Below are positions 25,350 through 36,144 of a stretch of DNA of 64,000 nucleotides, piece after piece; within the stretch, counting starts at the first letter, position 1, and each line of letters opens with the position of its first letter. Source of the DNA: an uncultured virus (IMG/VR IMGVR_UViG_3300029448_000002) (Duplodnaviria; Heunggongvirae; Uroviricota; Caudoviricetes); IMG/VR virus record IMGVR_UViG_3300029448_000002. The stretch is one strand, 5' to 3'. A program made the translations under genes and the position numbers. The notes below the pieces were generated by a model. It did no database searches. It saw only the letters and a program-made list of their open reading frames with translations, and had not been told where the DNA came from.

Positions 25350-27290
25350 TCAAGACAAATCTACGACTTCACACGAATCGCCAGAACAAGCCATTGTCTG
25401 AGATCCTGCCGTATTGTCTTCCTGTTCATAATTTTTTAATAACGTCCAATCAATATCATTTGGTAATTTTTCTAGTAATTCTTTATATTCTTCAATATCA
25501 CAGTCCTGATATGGAGCCTGCTTGTAGGTGTGATCGGAATGTGGAAGGAACGAGATGCCTGAAATATTATCTAAATTATTCCAAACCCAAGCACCAACCT
25601 CAAACCATTCATTTTCTTTAACCGTGATTGTCACGGACGGCTTGTGTTCACACCAGAATTTTTGATATTTTAGCCACAGTTCCAGTTGTTCAATCGCAGT
25701 CATATCAGTTCTAAAAACTGAATTTTCAGGAGCCTTGACGGGAAACGAGAACACGGTCACGTTATCGGGCTTCATCACGCAGGCTTCCGCAGGGAAACCT
25801 TGATCTTTCATAAATTGACACAGTGGATCTTTGTTGTCCGCACGAACAGTGCGAATGTAATGTGGATTGTGTCGGGCGTGAATACCAGAAGCGGCATCCA
25901 CAAGTTGAGACACAGTTCCAGACGGCTTCACACAAGTTGTAGAAACCGACTGCTCAATACCAAGATTTTTTGCATATTCACGATTTGTTTTTACAACATC
26001 AGCACGCAGGTCTGCAAGCATTTCTTCAAGACCATCGGTGTTTCCGTTTGTCAAATCTGAATCCATAATGCCCGTCATTGAAACGCCGAGCAATCTTTCA
26101 TCTTCACAATTTTTCTTCCAAGAAGATGACAAATATCTAAAATCTGTCAGGGTGGATTGCCAAGTTCCAAGAATGGTAGCCAGTCTTGCTTTTCGTCGGA
26201 GAGACTCAGGTGTATCGTCGGCTCTCACGACCATCTCGGTGAGGTTACAAAATTCACAATCACGCAAGACAATCTCTGAACAGGGATTGGTTCCGAAGTT
26301 GTGAGTGGTTTCTCTTGGACGATCATTCTTTGTTCTGTTCTCGGTGTTACGCTCAATGCCCTTGCGAGCCGCTTCACGGTTGAAGATGCCACGCTCACCA
26401 CTCTTTGACTTGTAGAGTGAAAGCCATTCTTCCATAAACTGACCGACTTCAACAGGACCATCGTAGACAGCCGAGTTGTTCGCCAAAGCACGCTGTCCAT
26501 CAGTGACCCACCACTGTCCAGACTTGGCATCACGCATTCTGTCATCTTGCAAAGAAGAAAGTGAAATCAAAGCCGAACGACGAACACCACCGACCACGAC
26601 GATCTCTGCGATTTTGCAAACGATATCGTGACACTCAATGGAAGTAAGTCTACGTCCAGCAGACTTTTGGAAGGTGGCGACTGTAAATTTAAACAAATCC
26701 ACCAACGGTTCGGGACCGGAGGAGCGACCACCAAAAGTTTTCAATCTTTCACCAGCAGCACGGACTTTGCTCACATCCCACTTTGGAATCTGACCCATTG
26801 ACAAAAGTGAAACGAGTTCTTTGTAGGCTTTTGCCCAACCAATCTTAGAGTCGGCTACCACAATTGTCGTTTCTGTTGGGTGAAAATCCTCAGCAATCAC
26901 AGGAAGGTTATCTACCTCCCTACGCTCCACTGAGAAGCCTACGCCAGTTCCGCACATCAGAACATACAGAATTTCGTCAAAGGCTCTGAGGCGATTCACG
27001 GCGACGTATGAGCAATTGTATCCTGCAACATTGTCACGCTTCAATGCTTCACCAGCCGTCATCAACGCTCGCATTGATGGCATCACTTCAAGGTTCAAAA
27101 CTGCATTTTCAAGTTCTTTTCTTTCTTTGGGAGAAACACGATATCCGTGCTTTTCTTGAAGATGACTTTCAAAGAAATCAAAGTATCTTGCGACTGTTTC
27201 ATCCCAAGTTTCACGGCGACCCTCCTCTGGAAGCCATCTGGCATATCTTGAAGTATGAATAAAAGATTGGTAAAGCGTTGGTAGACTCAT
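25350..27290 (-). CDS. nrdJ: class II (B12-dependent, monomeric RTPR-type) ribonucleotide reductase
   Basis: GGVRRSALISLS, GTNPCSEI, TCVKPSGTVSQL, C-terminal CSGDSC. Confidence 0.93.
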   Translation of the reverse strand: MSLPTLYQSFIHTSRYARWLPEEGRRETWDETVARYFDFFESHLQEKHGYRVSPKERKELENAVLNLEVMPSMRALMTAGEALKRDNVAGYNCSYVAVNRLRAFDEILYVLMCGTGVGFSVERREVDNLPVIAEDFHPTETTIVVADSKIGWAKAYKELVSLLSMGQIPKWDVSKVRAAGERLKTFGGRSSGPEPLVDLFKFTVATFQKSAGRRLTSIECHDIVCKIAEIVVVGGVRRSALISLSSLQDDRMRDAKSGQWWVTDGQRALANNSAVYDGPVEVGQFMEEWLSLYKSKSGERGIFNREAARKGIERNTENRTKNDRPRETTHNFGTNPCSEIVLRDCEFCNLTEMVVRADDTPESLRRKARLATILGTWQSTLTDFRYLSSSWKKNCEDERLLGVSMTGIMDSDLTNGNTDGLEEMLADLRADVVKTNREYAKNLGIEQSVSTTCVKPSGTVSQLVDAASGIHARHNPHYIRTVRADNKDPLCQFMKDQGFPAEACVMKPDNVTVFSFPVKAPENSVFRTDMTAIEQLELWLKYQKFWCEHKPSVTITVKENEWFEVGAWVWNNLDNISGISFLPHSDHTYKQAPYQDCDIEEYKELLEKLPNDIDWTLLKNYEQEDNTAGSQTMACSGDSCEVVDLS

Positions 27291-28027
27291 TCATTTTCCT
27301 TTCCGTCGCACAGATACTTCCAAGAAACCGGAAACAATGGTTGGATCAGTGAATCAATTGCCTTTGCGTATTGACGAACCTCCCATTGAGCGTGTTCATC
27401 AAGACGAAGACTACAAACCCTTGCGAACGCCGCAAGACTGCCCGTCCAATACCATTCAGTAAACATTGCTTGTGGCAAACAGAACCTTGCTTGTTCTGGT
27501 GCGATGCCATTATCTATAAGTTCTCTATACAAGTCAAAAGAATATCTGCAAAGATTATTCATTTGTTCATCATAGAATTCAACTTTCTTTTTGTCTTCCA
27601 TAAAATCTTCGCTACCCTGTTTTGCACCACCGAGCGGCTGTGTTCTCCAGTGCGGAATGTAAAAGGTTGGATCATCTTTCACATAACGGCGAGACACCTC
27701 GTTTTCCGTCAGTCCGACTTTATGTTTGAACAACTGCGTGCGAATAGAAACGGGAGCCTTGACACGAAGAGTAATTTGTGGATGGGAGAATGGTGTCCAA
27801 TGTTTGTGCTTGGCAAGATACCGAATCAACTTCTCATCCTTTTCCTCAAGTTTGTTGATCATATCTGGAGTGAAGTGACACTCTGTTTCTTTCAATCGCT
27901 TCTCGGCTTCAACATCAATCGTCCATTTTGATTCTTTATTAAAAGAAACTCTTGCAGCGTTTACCACTGTCAAATCAGATCCCATATAATCAATCAGATC
28001 AACTTTACCTTCACCCAATACATTCAT
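27287..28027 (-). CDS. thyX: FAD-dependent thymidylate synthase
   Basis: VVNAARVSF, HWTPF, NEVSRRY, APEQARF.LP, HAQWEVR. Confidence 0.95.
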   Translation of the reverse strand: MNVLGEGKVDLIDYMGSDLTVVNAARVSFNKESKWTIDVEAEKRLKETECHFTPDMINKLEEKDEKLIRYLAKHKHWTPFSHPQITLRVKAPVSIRTQLFKHKVGLTENEVSRRYVKDDPTFYIPHWRTQPLGGAKQGSEDFMEDKKKVEFYDEQMNNLCRYSFDLYRELIDNGIAPEQARFCLPQAMFTEWYWTGSLAAFARVCSLRLDEHAQWEVRQYAKAIDSLIQPLFPVSWKYLCDGKENE

Positions 28028-28082
28028 TTAGTTCTTACTCCACATTTTCCTAGACACAAAATCCACCACAAAACTTTTTTGA

Positions 28083-28466
28083 TCATCGGATCAAATCCTC
28101 TTTCCAAAACTCATCAGCGAGTTCATACTGTTTGTCCTCGGCTTCCCTCTCACCGTCATCCTCCCACTCATCACGCTCCCATTGCAAAACGTGAACGAGT
28201 TCGTGCATCAGTGTGGCAACGAAATCACGAAGGTATTGGTCGGTGGCGATACTGATAACATAAAAGTTTTCGTCTTGCTTGTATGACTCGCCCCAACACT
28301 TCAACATCTTGTAATCAGTGAGATTGATCTTGATAGTTTTTTCAGGGTTCTGAATGTTGAATTTGTCAAGAAACCAATCGGTTGCAACTTCAACAACTTG
28401 ACGATGAAGAATGGAGTGGTCAACGTTGTAGACTCCGTGTTCAATTGTAGTTTTCAAATTTTCCAT
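28083..28466 (-). CDS. putative zinc metallopeptidase
   Basis: TLMHELVHVLQW (HExxH) with downstream EREA. Confidence 0.65.
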   Translation of the reverse strand: MENLKTTIEHGVYNVDHSILHRQVVEVATDWFLDKFNIQNPEKTIKINLTDYKMLKCWGESYKQDENFYVISIATDQYLRDFVATLMHELVHVLQWERDEWEDDGEREAEDKQYELADEFWKEDLIR

Positions 28467-29473
28467 CTTACTGTTGTCTTCTCCCACTGTCCTAAGTTTG
28501 CTTGTGCAAGGATTCCATCATAAGTGTGTTCATCAATGTATTCAACAATATTATCAATTCTTTTTCCTGATAACACTATATCATTGATATCTTTTTGTTC
28601 AAGTCGTTCGGGAATGAAAACCTTGTGTCCTTTTGCGATCAGTTTTCTCATCATCTCCACGATCTCAACGCTTCGTGGTTCGTTGTCCATCACAAAAACA
28701 ATGTCCGCGTTCTTTAACTTGTCTGGAAGGTTGACTGACTTCGCAGCACCCACCATCGCAATCGCGTTCGGCAAAAACATAGAATCAAACGGACCCTCGG
28801 TGACGTAGATTTTTTCATTCACATTTACCTTGTGAAGATTATAAAACAATCGTTCGTGGTCGGGCGATTTGATTGTGATGTATCTTCGTTCAGACTTTCC
28901 GATTGCTCGTCCCTGAATGCCGATCATATGACCGTCATCATCATAGAAAGGAATGACGATTCTTTCTTCGGGTTGTAGGAAAACTTTCGGATCAATCTGT
29001 CGGGCTACTTTACCAAAGTCCTCGGCAAAGAATAGTTCATCCAGTTTCGGAATCTTCCGACTCTCAAGATACTGTCTTGCAGGATGCTCCGGACAAAGAT
29101 CAGAAATCTTGATTAGATTTTCAACCCTTGCAACAGGCTTAAACTTTTCATTGATTCCAGTGGTTGTGATCCCGTGAGTTTCAATCATCTCACCAGACTT
29201 TTCTTTCAACCACTCAAGCCTAAACTCTGAATACAATGCAGGACTGACAGTTTCCAAAAACTTGGAAAGACCCATCGCCGCACCACAGTTGTGACACTTG
29301 TAGTAATACCTACCTTGACGCTCATAAAAGAATCCACGCTTCTTGTTTGGATTCTTCTTTGAATCACCACACAAGGGACAGCGACAGTTAGCAAGAGTAG
29401 CCTTTTGCCAAGCGAATCTGTCTAATTGTGGTGAGACAAGGTTTATGTATTTTTTATCAAGAAAGGCGACCAC
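28454..29473 (-). CDS. gp61: DNA primase gp61
   Basis: CRCPLCGDS zinc finger, YKCHNCG, TOPRIM EGPFDSMF, DNEPR. Confidence 0.95.
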   Translation of the reverse strand: MVAFLDKKYINLVSPQLDRFAWQKATLANCRCPLCGDSKKNPNKKRGFFYERQGRYYYKCHNCGAAMGLSKFLETVSPALYSEFRLEWLKEKSGEMIETHGITTTGINEKFKPVARVENLIKISDLCPEHPARQYLESRKIPKLDELFFAEDFGKVARQIDPKVFLQPEERIVIPFYDDDGHMIGIQGRAIGKSERRYITIKSPDHERLFYNLHKVNVNEKIYVTEGPFDSMFLPNAIAMVGAAKSVNLPDKLKNADIVFVMDNEPRSVEIVEMMRKLIAKGHKVFIPERLEQKDINDIVLSGKRIDNIVEYIDEHTYDGILAQANLGQWEKTTVRWKI

Positions 29474-29645
29474 GGCGGTTCTTGTTCACGTTTTCACGAA
29501 GTTGCTTGCGTGAGCCGGAACGCTTCCACTCATTCGCCCATTGTCGCCACTCTTCCAGTTCCTCACGATCAATGCCGCGAAGGTGGTTTCGTGGATCTTT
29601 GTATGGGTCGTATCTACGATTATGATTTCTTTCAGACATCTTCAA
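29457..29645 (-). CDS. hypothetical protein
   Basis: Short ORF overlapping both neighbours. Confidence 0.5.
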   Translation of the reverse strand: MKMSERNHNRRYDPYKDPRNHLRGIDREELEEWRQWANEWKRSGSRKQLRENVNKNRRGRLS

Positions 29646-31047
29646 ACCTCAATGTGTTAAATTTACTTTTACTTGACTTAAACTTATCGTCAAAATTTCT
29701 TCCATCGTAACCAGCAGAGTCTACTAGATCATCTGCATCCTGTCCAGCATTTTGCAGATTGATTTCAGAATTACTGACATCAAATAACTTCATCTTACCT
29801 CTATTTATTCCTACGACAAACTTTCTATTTGTCGCTACGTCATTGTAACGATTCTTTAATTGTTTTACCATAATTTTGCCTTGCTCTTCCAACTCTTCGG
29901 TGGAGATAAGACCAAACATCAGGTCGGCTGTCGCAGGCAAACCGAAAGATTCAGAAGTGTCCTCTAACCCAAAGTCATTGGACGCAAAGCCTGTTCGGTT
30001 CGTCTGTGTGGCTGTGAAGATTGGGACATCCCACTCCACTGCAAGCCCACGAAGTTCTTCTGCAATCGACTTAATGTACATATATGAATTTGTGTTCCCT
30101 CCTGCTTTGAATCTGGATGATGCACAAATATTCAAATAATCAATAAAGATTACATCTGGCTTAAAGTTCTTTTTCAGTTTAAGTTCTTCAAGCAGATGTC
30201 TAAAATGATTTGCGTTTGCGGTTGCTGTCGGATATTCTTTAACAATAATTTTTGCTTTGATATTTTCCTTTACCCGACTTAACTTTTTGTCATATGAAAC
30301 TTTTGGCAAGTGCCGAAGTTCATCCATCGTGAGATCCATCAGGTTTGCATCAATTCTTTCTGCGATTCTTTCCTCTGCCATTTCACAGGTGATGTAAAGA
30401 ACATTCAGATTAGATGCGTAGCAAGACGCAGCGTGATGACACATAAACAAAGACTTACCAACACCAGTGCCAGCAAGAATCACATTCAGAGTCTTGTTCG
30501 GGACACCACCGTTTGTAATCTTGTTGAAAAGATCCAAGTCAAACGGAGTCTTGTGTTCTACTTTATGATAGAAGTCAAAGCGGTCATCGGCATCTGAGAT
30601 GTAGTCGTGACCAATCTGCTCATCAAACGAAACTGAGAGTGCGTCGGACAAAATATTCGGAATAGCATTCTTTGTTTCATTCTTAGACTTTCCATCAATA
30701 ATTTCAATCGACCGAAGGATCGCGTTGTAGACTGCTTTGTCTTTGCAAAACTTCTCAGTCTGGTCCATCAACCACTCATTGTCCACTGGATCAAGTGTCT
30801 CTGTGAGTGACTTGATAATGATGGATGTGTCTTTGTAAGATTGCTCCGTCATACCTCCACGATCATCCAACGCGATAATTAGAGCATCACGATTTGGTGG
30901 ACGATTGTATTTGTGAATATGATCACGAATAATAGTATAAACTGTTCGTTCGTTTCTGTCCTTGAAATATTCTTCATCTAAGAACGGGACAACTCTACGA
31001 GTATAATCCTCATTCTGAATCAGATTCTTCAGGATGATGGTTTCCAT
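29632..31047 (-). CDS. gp41: replicative DNA helicase gp41
   Basis: AGTGVGKS, EMAEERIAERIDAN, IDYLNIC, SESFGLPATAD, QLKNRY. Confidence 0.97.
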   Translation of the reverse strand: METIILKNLIQNEDYTRRVVPFLDEEYFKDRNERTVYTIIRDHIHKYNRPPNRDALIIALDDRGGMTEQSYKDTSIIIKSLTETLDPVDNEWLMDQTEKFCKDKAVYNAILRSIEIIDGKSKNETKNAIPNILSDALSVSFDEQIGHDYISDADDRFDFYHKVEHKTPFDLDLFNKITNGGVPNKTLNVILAGTGVGKSLFMCHHAASCYASNLNVLYITCEMAEERIAERIDANLMDLTMDELRHLPKVSYDKKLSRVKENIKAKIIVKEYPTATANANHFRHLLEELKLKKNFKPDVIFIDYLNICASSRFKAGGNTNSYMYIKSIAEELRGLAVEWDVPIFTATQTNRTGFASNDFGLEDTSESFGLPATADLMFGLISTEELEEQGKIMVKQLKNRYNDVATNRKFVVGINRGKMKLFDVSNSEINLQNAGQDADDLVDSAGYDGRNFDDKFKSSKSKFNTLRFEDV

Positions 31048-31315
31048 TGTCTCCATCAAAACCGCCTTCTTCTGTGTGGTGTTCTAACAATTCAACAAGA
31101 ATGTCACCGATGACCTCTTTGAAGTCATCATTATCCTCGACTACCTCTTCGTTTTCAAGAACAAAGTAGTCAAAATATAATCGACACTCACCCTCACGCT
31201 CATCGAATCCTACTTTACCGTAGTTCAATACAACGTCTTTGTATTTGCCTTCATCGATGCGTATTGCTGCGGCTGCTGAATTTTTGCCTTCAACAATTGT
31301 GTAATTAGTCGGCAT
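31010..31315 (-). CDS. conserved T4-like protein between uvsX and gp41 (gp40-position protein)
   Basis: [27 protein letters not shown]; synteny. Confidence 0.65.
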   Translation of the reverse strand: MPTNYTIVEGKNSAAAAIRIDEGKYKDVVLNYGKVGFDEREGECRLYFDYFVLENEEVVEDNDDFKEVIGDILVELLEHHTEEGGFDGDNGNHHPEESDSE

Positions 31316-32357
31316 CTTCAACCTTGATTTCTTCAACTTCATCCTCAACTGCCGAACCATACTTGAATTCTTTTGCAACCGCAACTTCAAGTTGTTCCAT
31401 CACAGAATCAGTGAAATACTTTTCAGGGTTTTCGTTGATTTGCTTTTCGTAAACTTTTTTGCCATCGGGAAGTTCAATACGAGTTGATACTTTCTTGAAC
31501 ACTCCGTGCTTCACTGCAATGTCGGTCAGACCATAGTAGGGTGAAAGACCAGTCTCATAGTTCAACAAAGTTTCTGCAATAGAGTTTTCTTTCGTAACCC
31601 GTGACTTTTGCAACTTACACTTGATGATGTTGCCCACCACATCCGTTCCGTCCTTGACTTTCTTCTTGGACAGGAACACGATTGTGCCTGCGTTGTATTT
31701 CAGACCAGAGCCACCGGACATTTCTTTCATCGGAACGTAAGACCCAACGACATCATAGGTGTGGTTTGTAATCAGCAGCGGAATACCAGCCGATCCACAC
31801 TTGACGGTGAGCGTTCGGAAAGTTGCCTTCAATGCTTGGGCTTTTGTCATATCACGAACATTCTTACCGCTGGCAGTGTCTTCCATTTCTTTGATGGTAG
31901 ACAAGTTGCCGAGTGAATCAAGAATCACAAGAATAGGCTTCTTGTCGGACTCTGCACGATAGGTGTCCGCGACCTGAATCATCTGATGACGAAACTCTTC
32001 AATCGTAGACACAGGCAACACAGCCACCCGCGAAGGATCAATGTCTCGCTCGGAGAACATTTGCGAAGTGATTGCTTGCTCTGAATCAAAGTAGAGAACC
32101 ACACCGTCAGGATTATCTGAAAGGAAGGTTTTCAAAATATTGAAACAGAAAAAGGTTTTACCAGTTGCTTGCTCGCCAGCCAAAGCCGTGATCTTGTTGT
32201 CGGGAATGCCACCATAGAGTGATCCCGAAAGCAAAGCGTTCAGAGTGTAAGACCCTGTATCAATAAAGCCACGAATGTCTGAGACAAGACCCTTATCGAC
32301 AGACGAGGCATTTTCATTACCCGATACTTCAACCAAGTTTGACAAAAAGTTAGACAT
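31305..32357 (-). CDS. uvsX: RecA-like recombinase UvsX
   Basis: [40 protein letters not shown]. Confidence 0.95.
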   Translation of the reverse strand: MSNFLSNLVEVSGNENASSVDKGLVSDIRGFIDTGSYTLNALLSGSLYGGIPDNKITALAGEQATGKTFFCFNILKTFLSDNPDGVVLYFDSEQAITSQMFSERDIDPSRVAVLPVSTIEEFRHQMIQVADTYRAESDKKPILVILDSLGNLSTIKEMEDTASGKNVRDMTKAQALKATFRTLTVKCGSAGIPLLITNHTYDVVGSYVPMKEMSGGSGLKYNAGTIVFLSKKKVKDGTDVVGNIIKCKLQKSRVTKENSIAETLLNYETGLSPYYGLTDIAVKHGVFKKVSTRIELPDGKKVYEKQINENPEKYFTDSVMEQLEVAVAKEFKYGSAVEDEVEEIKVEDAD

Positions 32358-32553
32358 CCATTCTCCATTTCTTCAATAATTCATCAATGTGTTGTAATTT
32401 TTCAATAACTTCTGAGTGGTCTTCTGCCGAAGCGGACTTCGTTTTCAAGACCAGTTTTTCTACACGTTCAGTATCATAGCGAAGACACTTCAACGCTTCA
32501 AGAATAATTTCTCGTTCTTTTGACCCCATCGGTCTTCCTCCTTTCTTCGCCAT
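32350..32553 (-). CDS. hypothetical protein (start uncertain)
   Basis: ORF fills the gap. Confidence 0.5.
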   Translation of the reverse strand: MAKKGGRPMGSKEREIILEALKCLRYDTERVEKLVLKTKSASAEDHSEVIEKLQHIDELLKKWRMDV

Positions 32554-33020
32554 TCACGAACCATATTTCTATATGTTTTATTTGTTCGTGCGGCATCATA
32601 CACACGTTTAAAAATGCGTGCTGATTCTGCTTTTTCACAAGTGAAGTGATCCTTTGCTTGTGATTTAATTTTTCCTTTATTATCGTATTTTTTGCCATCA
32701 CGATGATTAGCATATCGCCTTGCTCTCGTCCATCCCATCATCAGGAATTTACGAGCCATATCTGCACCAACAAAGTCCCCCATACGAAGATATTCATCAA
32801 ACATAGAATATATTTTATTCGCGGAGTTGAAAGCCACTTCTGGAGTCCTGAATCTCCAGTATCTACAAATTTCTGATTTGTATGGTTCAACCAATAAAAC
32901 TCCTTGTTCTCCTCGCCCAATAATATACATTTCGGGATTTTTACGATAATCTATTGTGTCAAAGTCTTGTGTGTAATCAAATTCAATCAAAACAATGTCG
33001 CCCTTCGTTCGTGATCCCAT
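32490..33020 (-). CDS. DUF4385-family protein (true start probably near 32990)
   Basis: GRGEQGVLLVEPYKSEI..WRFRTP..DFVGADMARKFL.MG.TRARRYANH. Confidence 0.85.
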   Translation of the reverse strand: MGSRTKGDIVLIEFDYTQDFDTIDYRKNPEMYIIGRGEQGVLLVEPYKSEICRYWRFRTPEVAFNSANKIYSMFDEYLRMGDFVGADMARKFLMMGWTRARRYANHRDGKKYDNKGKIKSQAKDHFTCEKAESARIFKRVYDAARTNKTYRNMVREWRRKEEDRWGQKNEKLFLKR

Positions 33021-35488
33021 CCTACCTTCTCCAGAATATTTTTCAACGGCTCAAGGAATGAAACTGCAAACTGTTTGTCATAGTCTGCATATTCCTTGAG
33101 TTCAAACTCTTTCGGGGAAGAACCCGGAAACGAGATGACCGTATTCTGAAACGGATTCGGGACAGCCAAATACAAAAACTTTACTTTGTCACCTTCGTTG
33201 ATTGCATAATAACGATCCGTCAACTTCATCTTTTTCAAGAAGTGATTATAGATCAACGCACCCTTGACGGCGATAGGAGTTGACTTGCGATAGATGTATG
33301 TCTCATCTTGGTAAGTGATAAGATTATTACACCCACGGGGAAACGCGATTTCATCTGGAGAATACTTTTTAAACTCCTGTTTGAAATCATCAATAAAATC
33401 AATAGTCTGATCTTCGGTTCCTGTCAACACCAACTTGATTGCATCTTTCAACTTTTGACGCACGACCATCGGCGTGGATGATCGCGTGGTTTCAATACCC
33501 ATAATCTTCATCTTGGGTTCATCGTATTGAACACCTTCAGAGTTATGAACATTCAACATATAACGCTTCTTTGCAGTCCACACACCAACGTCGGCAATGA
33601 CTTCTCGTTCCATTACCATCTTGTTGGCGTGTGCGTTCATTTTTGTGGCGAGGGTTTCGTAGGCTTTCCTGATGAACGGCTCAATGACTTCGTTGCAGGA
33701 CTTGTCAAGAAATCGTACGATCTCTTCTTTACTCTTCCCCTGAGCAGTAGCCCGGACAAGATTCCCAAGCCGAAGATAAACAGAGTCGGTATCACTTGCG
33801 ACAACATAATCATAGTCTCCTGTGTTTAGTGTTTTGTTCAGATAGGCATTCAGTTCATTTGCGATATACTGAATGGACAACTGACCGGATGTAGTAATGG
33901 CTTCGGCAAGATGGGTGTCAAAGTATCTGAAATACTGATTACCCATCGCACCGTAAGCCGAGTTCAGTTGAATCTTTCGCACCAGTTGAAAGTTATTATA
34001 CTTCGCAATCTCAAAATCCAAACTTTCATCATCTGGATTCTGCTGCTTTTTCTTTTGGGCTTCAATCATCAACTTTTTAAAGTGCTTGCGTTCTGCGTAA
34101 AACTTCTCCATCAGTTTCGGCATAAACCCAAGACGATCTTTTCTAAAACAGACACCGTTGGCTGCGACAGAAAAGTTTTGTTGTTTCAGTTGCTTAAGAT
34201 TCTTTTCACAAAGATCAGTTCCCTCAAGCACACCATCAACTGTAATGCACGGATTGTTTGGGTATCCGCCCGGACGCATCTTCGTATCGGGACTGATATT
34301 GTATTGCATAATCAAGTGCGGATACAGACTGTTCAAGTCAAACGAAACAATCCAGTCGTGCCGACCAGTGATCGGCTCTTTCACATACGCACCGATGATT
34401 TGACCATCTTTCTTTCCACCATTCTTCTTGCGAGGAATAACAATATCCTGACCACGAAGATAGTGGTAGATGATCTGATCCCACGTTCGGACTTGAGAAA
34501 AGACATCACCAAGATTGACCTTTGCCGTGTATGCAAGTGCCATCGCCAGTTCCATCAGACCAAGTTTCTTCTCCATCTTCTGAATCAGCCGAACATCTTG
34601 GATGTTGTATTCCACAAACTTTTGGAAATCATTTGTGTAGAAGTCCTTGAAGTGATCGTATTCATACTCCAACTTTTTCTCACCCAGTTCAACGAACGCA
34701 ATGTGATCCAACTTGTATGACTCTTGGTTTACATAAGTAAACTTTTGATACAGATCAAAGTAATCAAGAATGGTTCGTCCGACCACCTCATATGCGATAC
34801 GATCACCGGCTTGCGTCTGGATGTCACGCTTACGCACCCAGTTCCACGGAGACAGACCGTTGGCTTTCTTTTCAATCAGGTGATCCATTCGTGCATAGAG
34901 ATACGGAATATCAAAGAACTTGACATTCCAACCAGTGATGATGTCAACGTCTTCTTTCTTCCATACTTCTAAAAACTCTAACATCAGATCAACTTCGTCA
35001 TCGTATCGTCGTGCGATGATGTCCGGATCATCAATCTGAAAATCGCCCAAGCCAAAGACATAGGTTCTGTCTTCAACCGCCAGCGTAATCACGTTCACTT
35101 TCTCTTGAGGATTCGTGACTTGCGGGAAGCCATTCTCCGAAGTCGTTTCAATATCAATGTATCCGACCTTCAAGGTCTTCATACTGTAATCAACTTCATC
35201 CGGAAACTTATCACCAATAAACTGATAGGTGTAGTCCGTGTTGCCATAGATTTCAAACCCAGTCACGCTCTGGTGACGCTCAATGAAGTCCCGACAGTCG
35301 GACATAGATCCGGGCTGGAAAGACTCCACGGAGTGACCGTGAATGGTATGATACTTTGAGGATTTGTTTGTGGAAACGAAAAGAGTGGGGCGATAGTCAA
35401 TACCGCCTTCCACTCTTTCTCCGTCCTCGTATCCGCGATACAGAACTCTGTCACCACGAATTGTCACATTTGTATAGAAGCGACTCAT
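32987..35488 (-). CDS. gp43: family B DNA polymerase gp43
   Basis: Exo DIET, FDLNSLYPH, KIQLNSAYGAMGN, DTDS, KKRY. Confidence 0.98.
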   Translation of the reverse strand: MSRFYTNVTIRGDRVLYRGYEDGERVEGGIDYRPTLFVSTNKSSKYHTIHGHSVESFQPGSMSDCRDFIERHQSVTGFEIYGNTDYTYQFIGDKFPDEVDYSMKTLKVGYIDIETTSENGFPQVTNPQEKVNVITLAVEDRTYVFGLGDFQIDDPDIIARRYDDEVDLMLEFLEVWKKEDVDIITGWNVKFFDIPYLYARMDHLIEKKANGLSPWNWVRKRDIQTQAGDRIAYEVVGRTILDYFDLYQKFTYVNQESYKLDHIAFVELGEKKLEYEYDHFKDFYTNDFQKFVEYNIQDVRLIQKMEKKLGLMELAMALAYTAKVNLGDVFSQVRTWDQIIYHYLRGQDIVIPRKKNGGKKDGQIIGAYVKEPITGRHDWIVSFDLNSLYPHLIMQYNISPDTKMRPGGYPNNPCITVDGVLEGTDLCEKNLKQLKQQNFSVAANGVCFRKDRLGFMPKLMEKFYAERKHFKKLMIEAQKKKQQNPDDESLDFEIAKYNNFQLVRKIQLNSAYGAMGNQYFRYFDTHLAEAITTSGQLSIQYIANELNAYLNKTLNTGDYDYVVASDTDSVYLRLGNLVRATAQGKSKEEIVRFLDKSCNEVIEPFIRKAYETLATKMNAHANKMVMEREVIADVGVWTAKKRYMLNVHNSEGVQYDEPKMKIMGIETTRSSTPMVVRQKLKDAIKLVLTGTEDQTIDFIDDFKQEFKKYSPDEIAFPRGCNNLITYQDETYIYRKSTPIAVKGALIYNHFLKKMKLTDRYYAINEGDKVKFLYLAVPNPFQNTVISFPGSSPKEFELKEYADYDKQFAVSFLEPLKNILEKVGWDHERRATLF

Positions 35489-35494
35489 ACGAGT

Positions 35495-35522
35495 ATTCTA
35501 CCTTCTGTTCGGCTCAAGTCAA
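35495..35522 (-). promoter_or_regulatory. sigma70-like promoter TTGACT-N16-TAGAAT for gp43
   Basis: Immediately upstream of the polymerase ATG. Confidence 0.65.
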
Positions 35523-35845
35523 TCAGATTCTTTTTCCCCGATATAGGATGAAAGTAGAACCATATAATTAATAATATCAACGCAAGAGTCGTGGAAGGAT
35601 TCGTTTTCAACGTGCATCGTTCCGGATTCAATAAAAGAACTCATTCGTGATAATTTATCAACAATCCGAACAAGGAATCCTTGCTCCGTAGTGCAGACAC
35701 CCATCGCCTCACAGCGAGTAAAGTTTGCAAAAGGTTCTTTGCCACCGTTGCCTGCGTAATCTTTATTTTTTAATTCCATAAGATTGCGGGCTTCTTGACA
35801 AATGGCTTCGTGGTTTTTTAGTAATTCATCTCTGGTCATAATCAA
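35519..35845 (-). CDS. DUF1599-like nucleotide-modification-associated protein
   Basis: KNKDYA..PFANF..VRIVDKLSR..ESFHDSCVDIINY. Confidence 0.7.
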   Translation of the reverse strand: MIMTRDELLKNHEAICQEARNLMELKNKDYAGNGGKEPFANFTRCEAMGVCTTEQGFLVRIVDKLSRMSSFIESGTMHVENESFHDSCVDIINYMVLLSSYIGEKESD

Positions 35846-36141
35846 TCCTTTTGATCTCTGGGCATATGATACCCATTTTTCATAAAAAATTCAAACTCTT
35901 CCTCCGCACCTTCTCTTACTTTATCTGAGAATTGTGCATCGGGATCTACCCAAGTGTATTCGTGACAACAAAATTTATCATCGGTCCTGAATACCATATT
36001 ATCATAGCGATTACCATCAATATATTTCAGACACCATTTCTTATTACCATCGGGCTGCATTTCATTTTTTAGAGTGACAGCCGTGAGTCGATCAATAATA
36101 TATCCTTTGTTGTTGCAGATGTAATAAGTGTTTAATTTCAT
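35842..36141 (-). CDS. hypothetical protein
   Basis: ORF, GAGG RBS. Confidence 0.55.
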   Translation of the reverse strand: MKLNTYYICNNKGYIIDRLTAVTLKNEMQPDGNKKWCLKYIDGNRYDNMVFRTDDKFCCHEYTWVDPDAQFSDKVREGAEEEFEFFMKNGYHMPRDQKD

Positions 36142-36144
36142 TTT

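Noticed and set aside
33911..34720. 269-aa plus-strand ORF and similar long antisense ORFs (e.g. 7820..8536, 27371..27931)
   Set aside because: Lie wholly antisense to well-supported genes and have no motifs or RBS
25350..35488. Introns or inteins in nrdJ, thyX, helicase or polymerase
   Set aside because: ORFs are uninterrupted, of ordinary length, and show no intein-like insertions
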